From: an uncultured bacterium
Lineage (GTDB): Bacteria; Planctomycetota; UBA1135; GCA-002686595
Assembly: GCA_943787795.1 (NCBI GenBank)
Contig: CALSNU010000004.1
Coordinates: 224,001-288,000 of the forward strand
Length of the DNA stretch: 64,000 nucleotides
Direction of reading: 5' to 3'
Part shown: positions 63,875 to 64,000 of the stretch, piece after piece
Layout: the number at the start of each line of letters is the position of its first letter
How positions within the stretch are numbered: the stretch's first letter is position 1
Notes under the pieces: model-generated
Database searches by the model: none
What the model was told of the DNA's origin: nothing
The model's input: the letters and a program-made list of their open reading frames with translations, nothing else
Translations under genes and position numbers: made by a program

Positions 63875-64000
63875 TGAACCGGATCCGGCCAACGATCCCT
63901 CGCTCCGGATCGTAGCCGCTAGAGCGCCCGTCATCCTCCCGATCTACCACGAGAGGGGCTAGGCTGTGCGCTCACCGTCCGTTGAAGATCCTGCTCGCCT

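Overview
High-GC (roughly 70% by eye), gene-dense bacterial chromosomal segment. It is most likely from a planctomycete: it has a DUF1592-type cytochrome/DUF1552 gene pair, a HEAT+vWA protein, a Cys-rich secreted protein of a type I associate with planctomycetes, and few Shine-Dalgarno motifs. About 44 CDS are mostly housekeeping or metabolic (rlmD, trmL, ptsI, tex, fusA, xylAB, ppsA, rpsN, an HtrA protease, a K+ channel). I saw no rRNA, tRNA, CRISPR array or mobile element. The strongest find is a gene the ORF track breaks up (41186-41836, minus strand). It encodes an exported protein with two tandem heavy-metal-associated (HMA)-like domains, each with an in-frame UGA at the metal-binding Cys position. 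Each UGA is followed by a hairpin with almost the same CGUG(C/A) loop, so this is a candidate two-selenocysteine protein with two SECIS elements. Other notable items: a divergent class I HMG-CoA reductase head-to-head with two SPFH genes; a PilX/prepilin-like protein with an (AAAEK)n rod flanked by silaffin-like Lys/Ser blocks; a four-repeat Myb/SANT-like protein; many -10 boxes directly upstream of start codons (leaderless-type genes); and short tandem duplications spanning stop codons. All family calls come from motif recognition, not from database searches.
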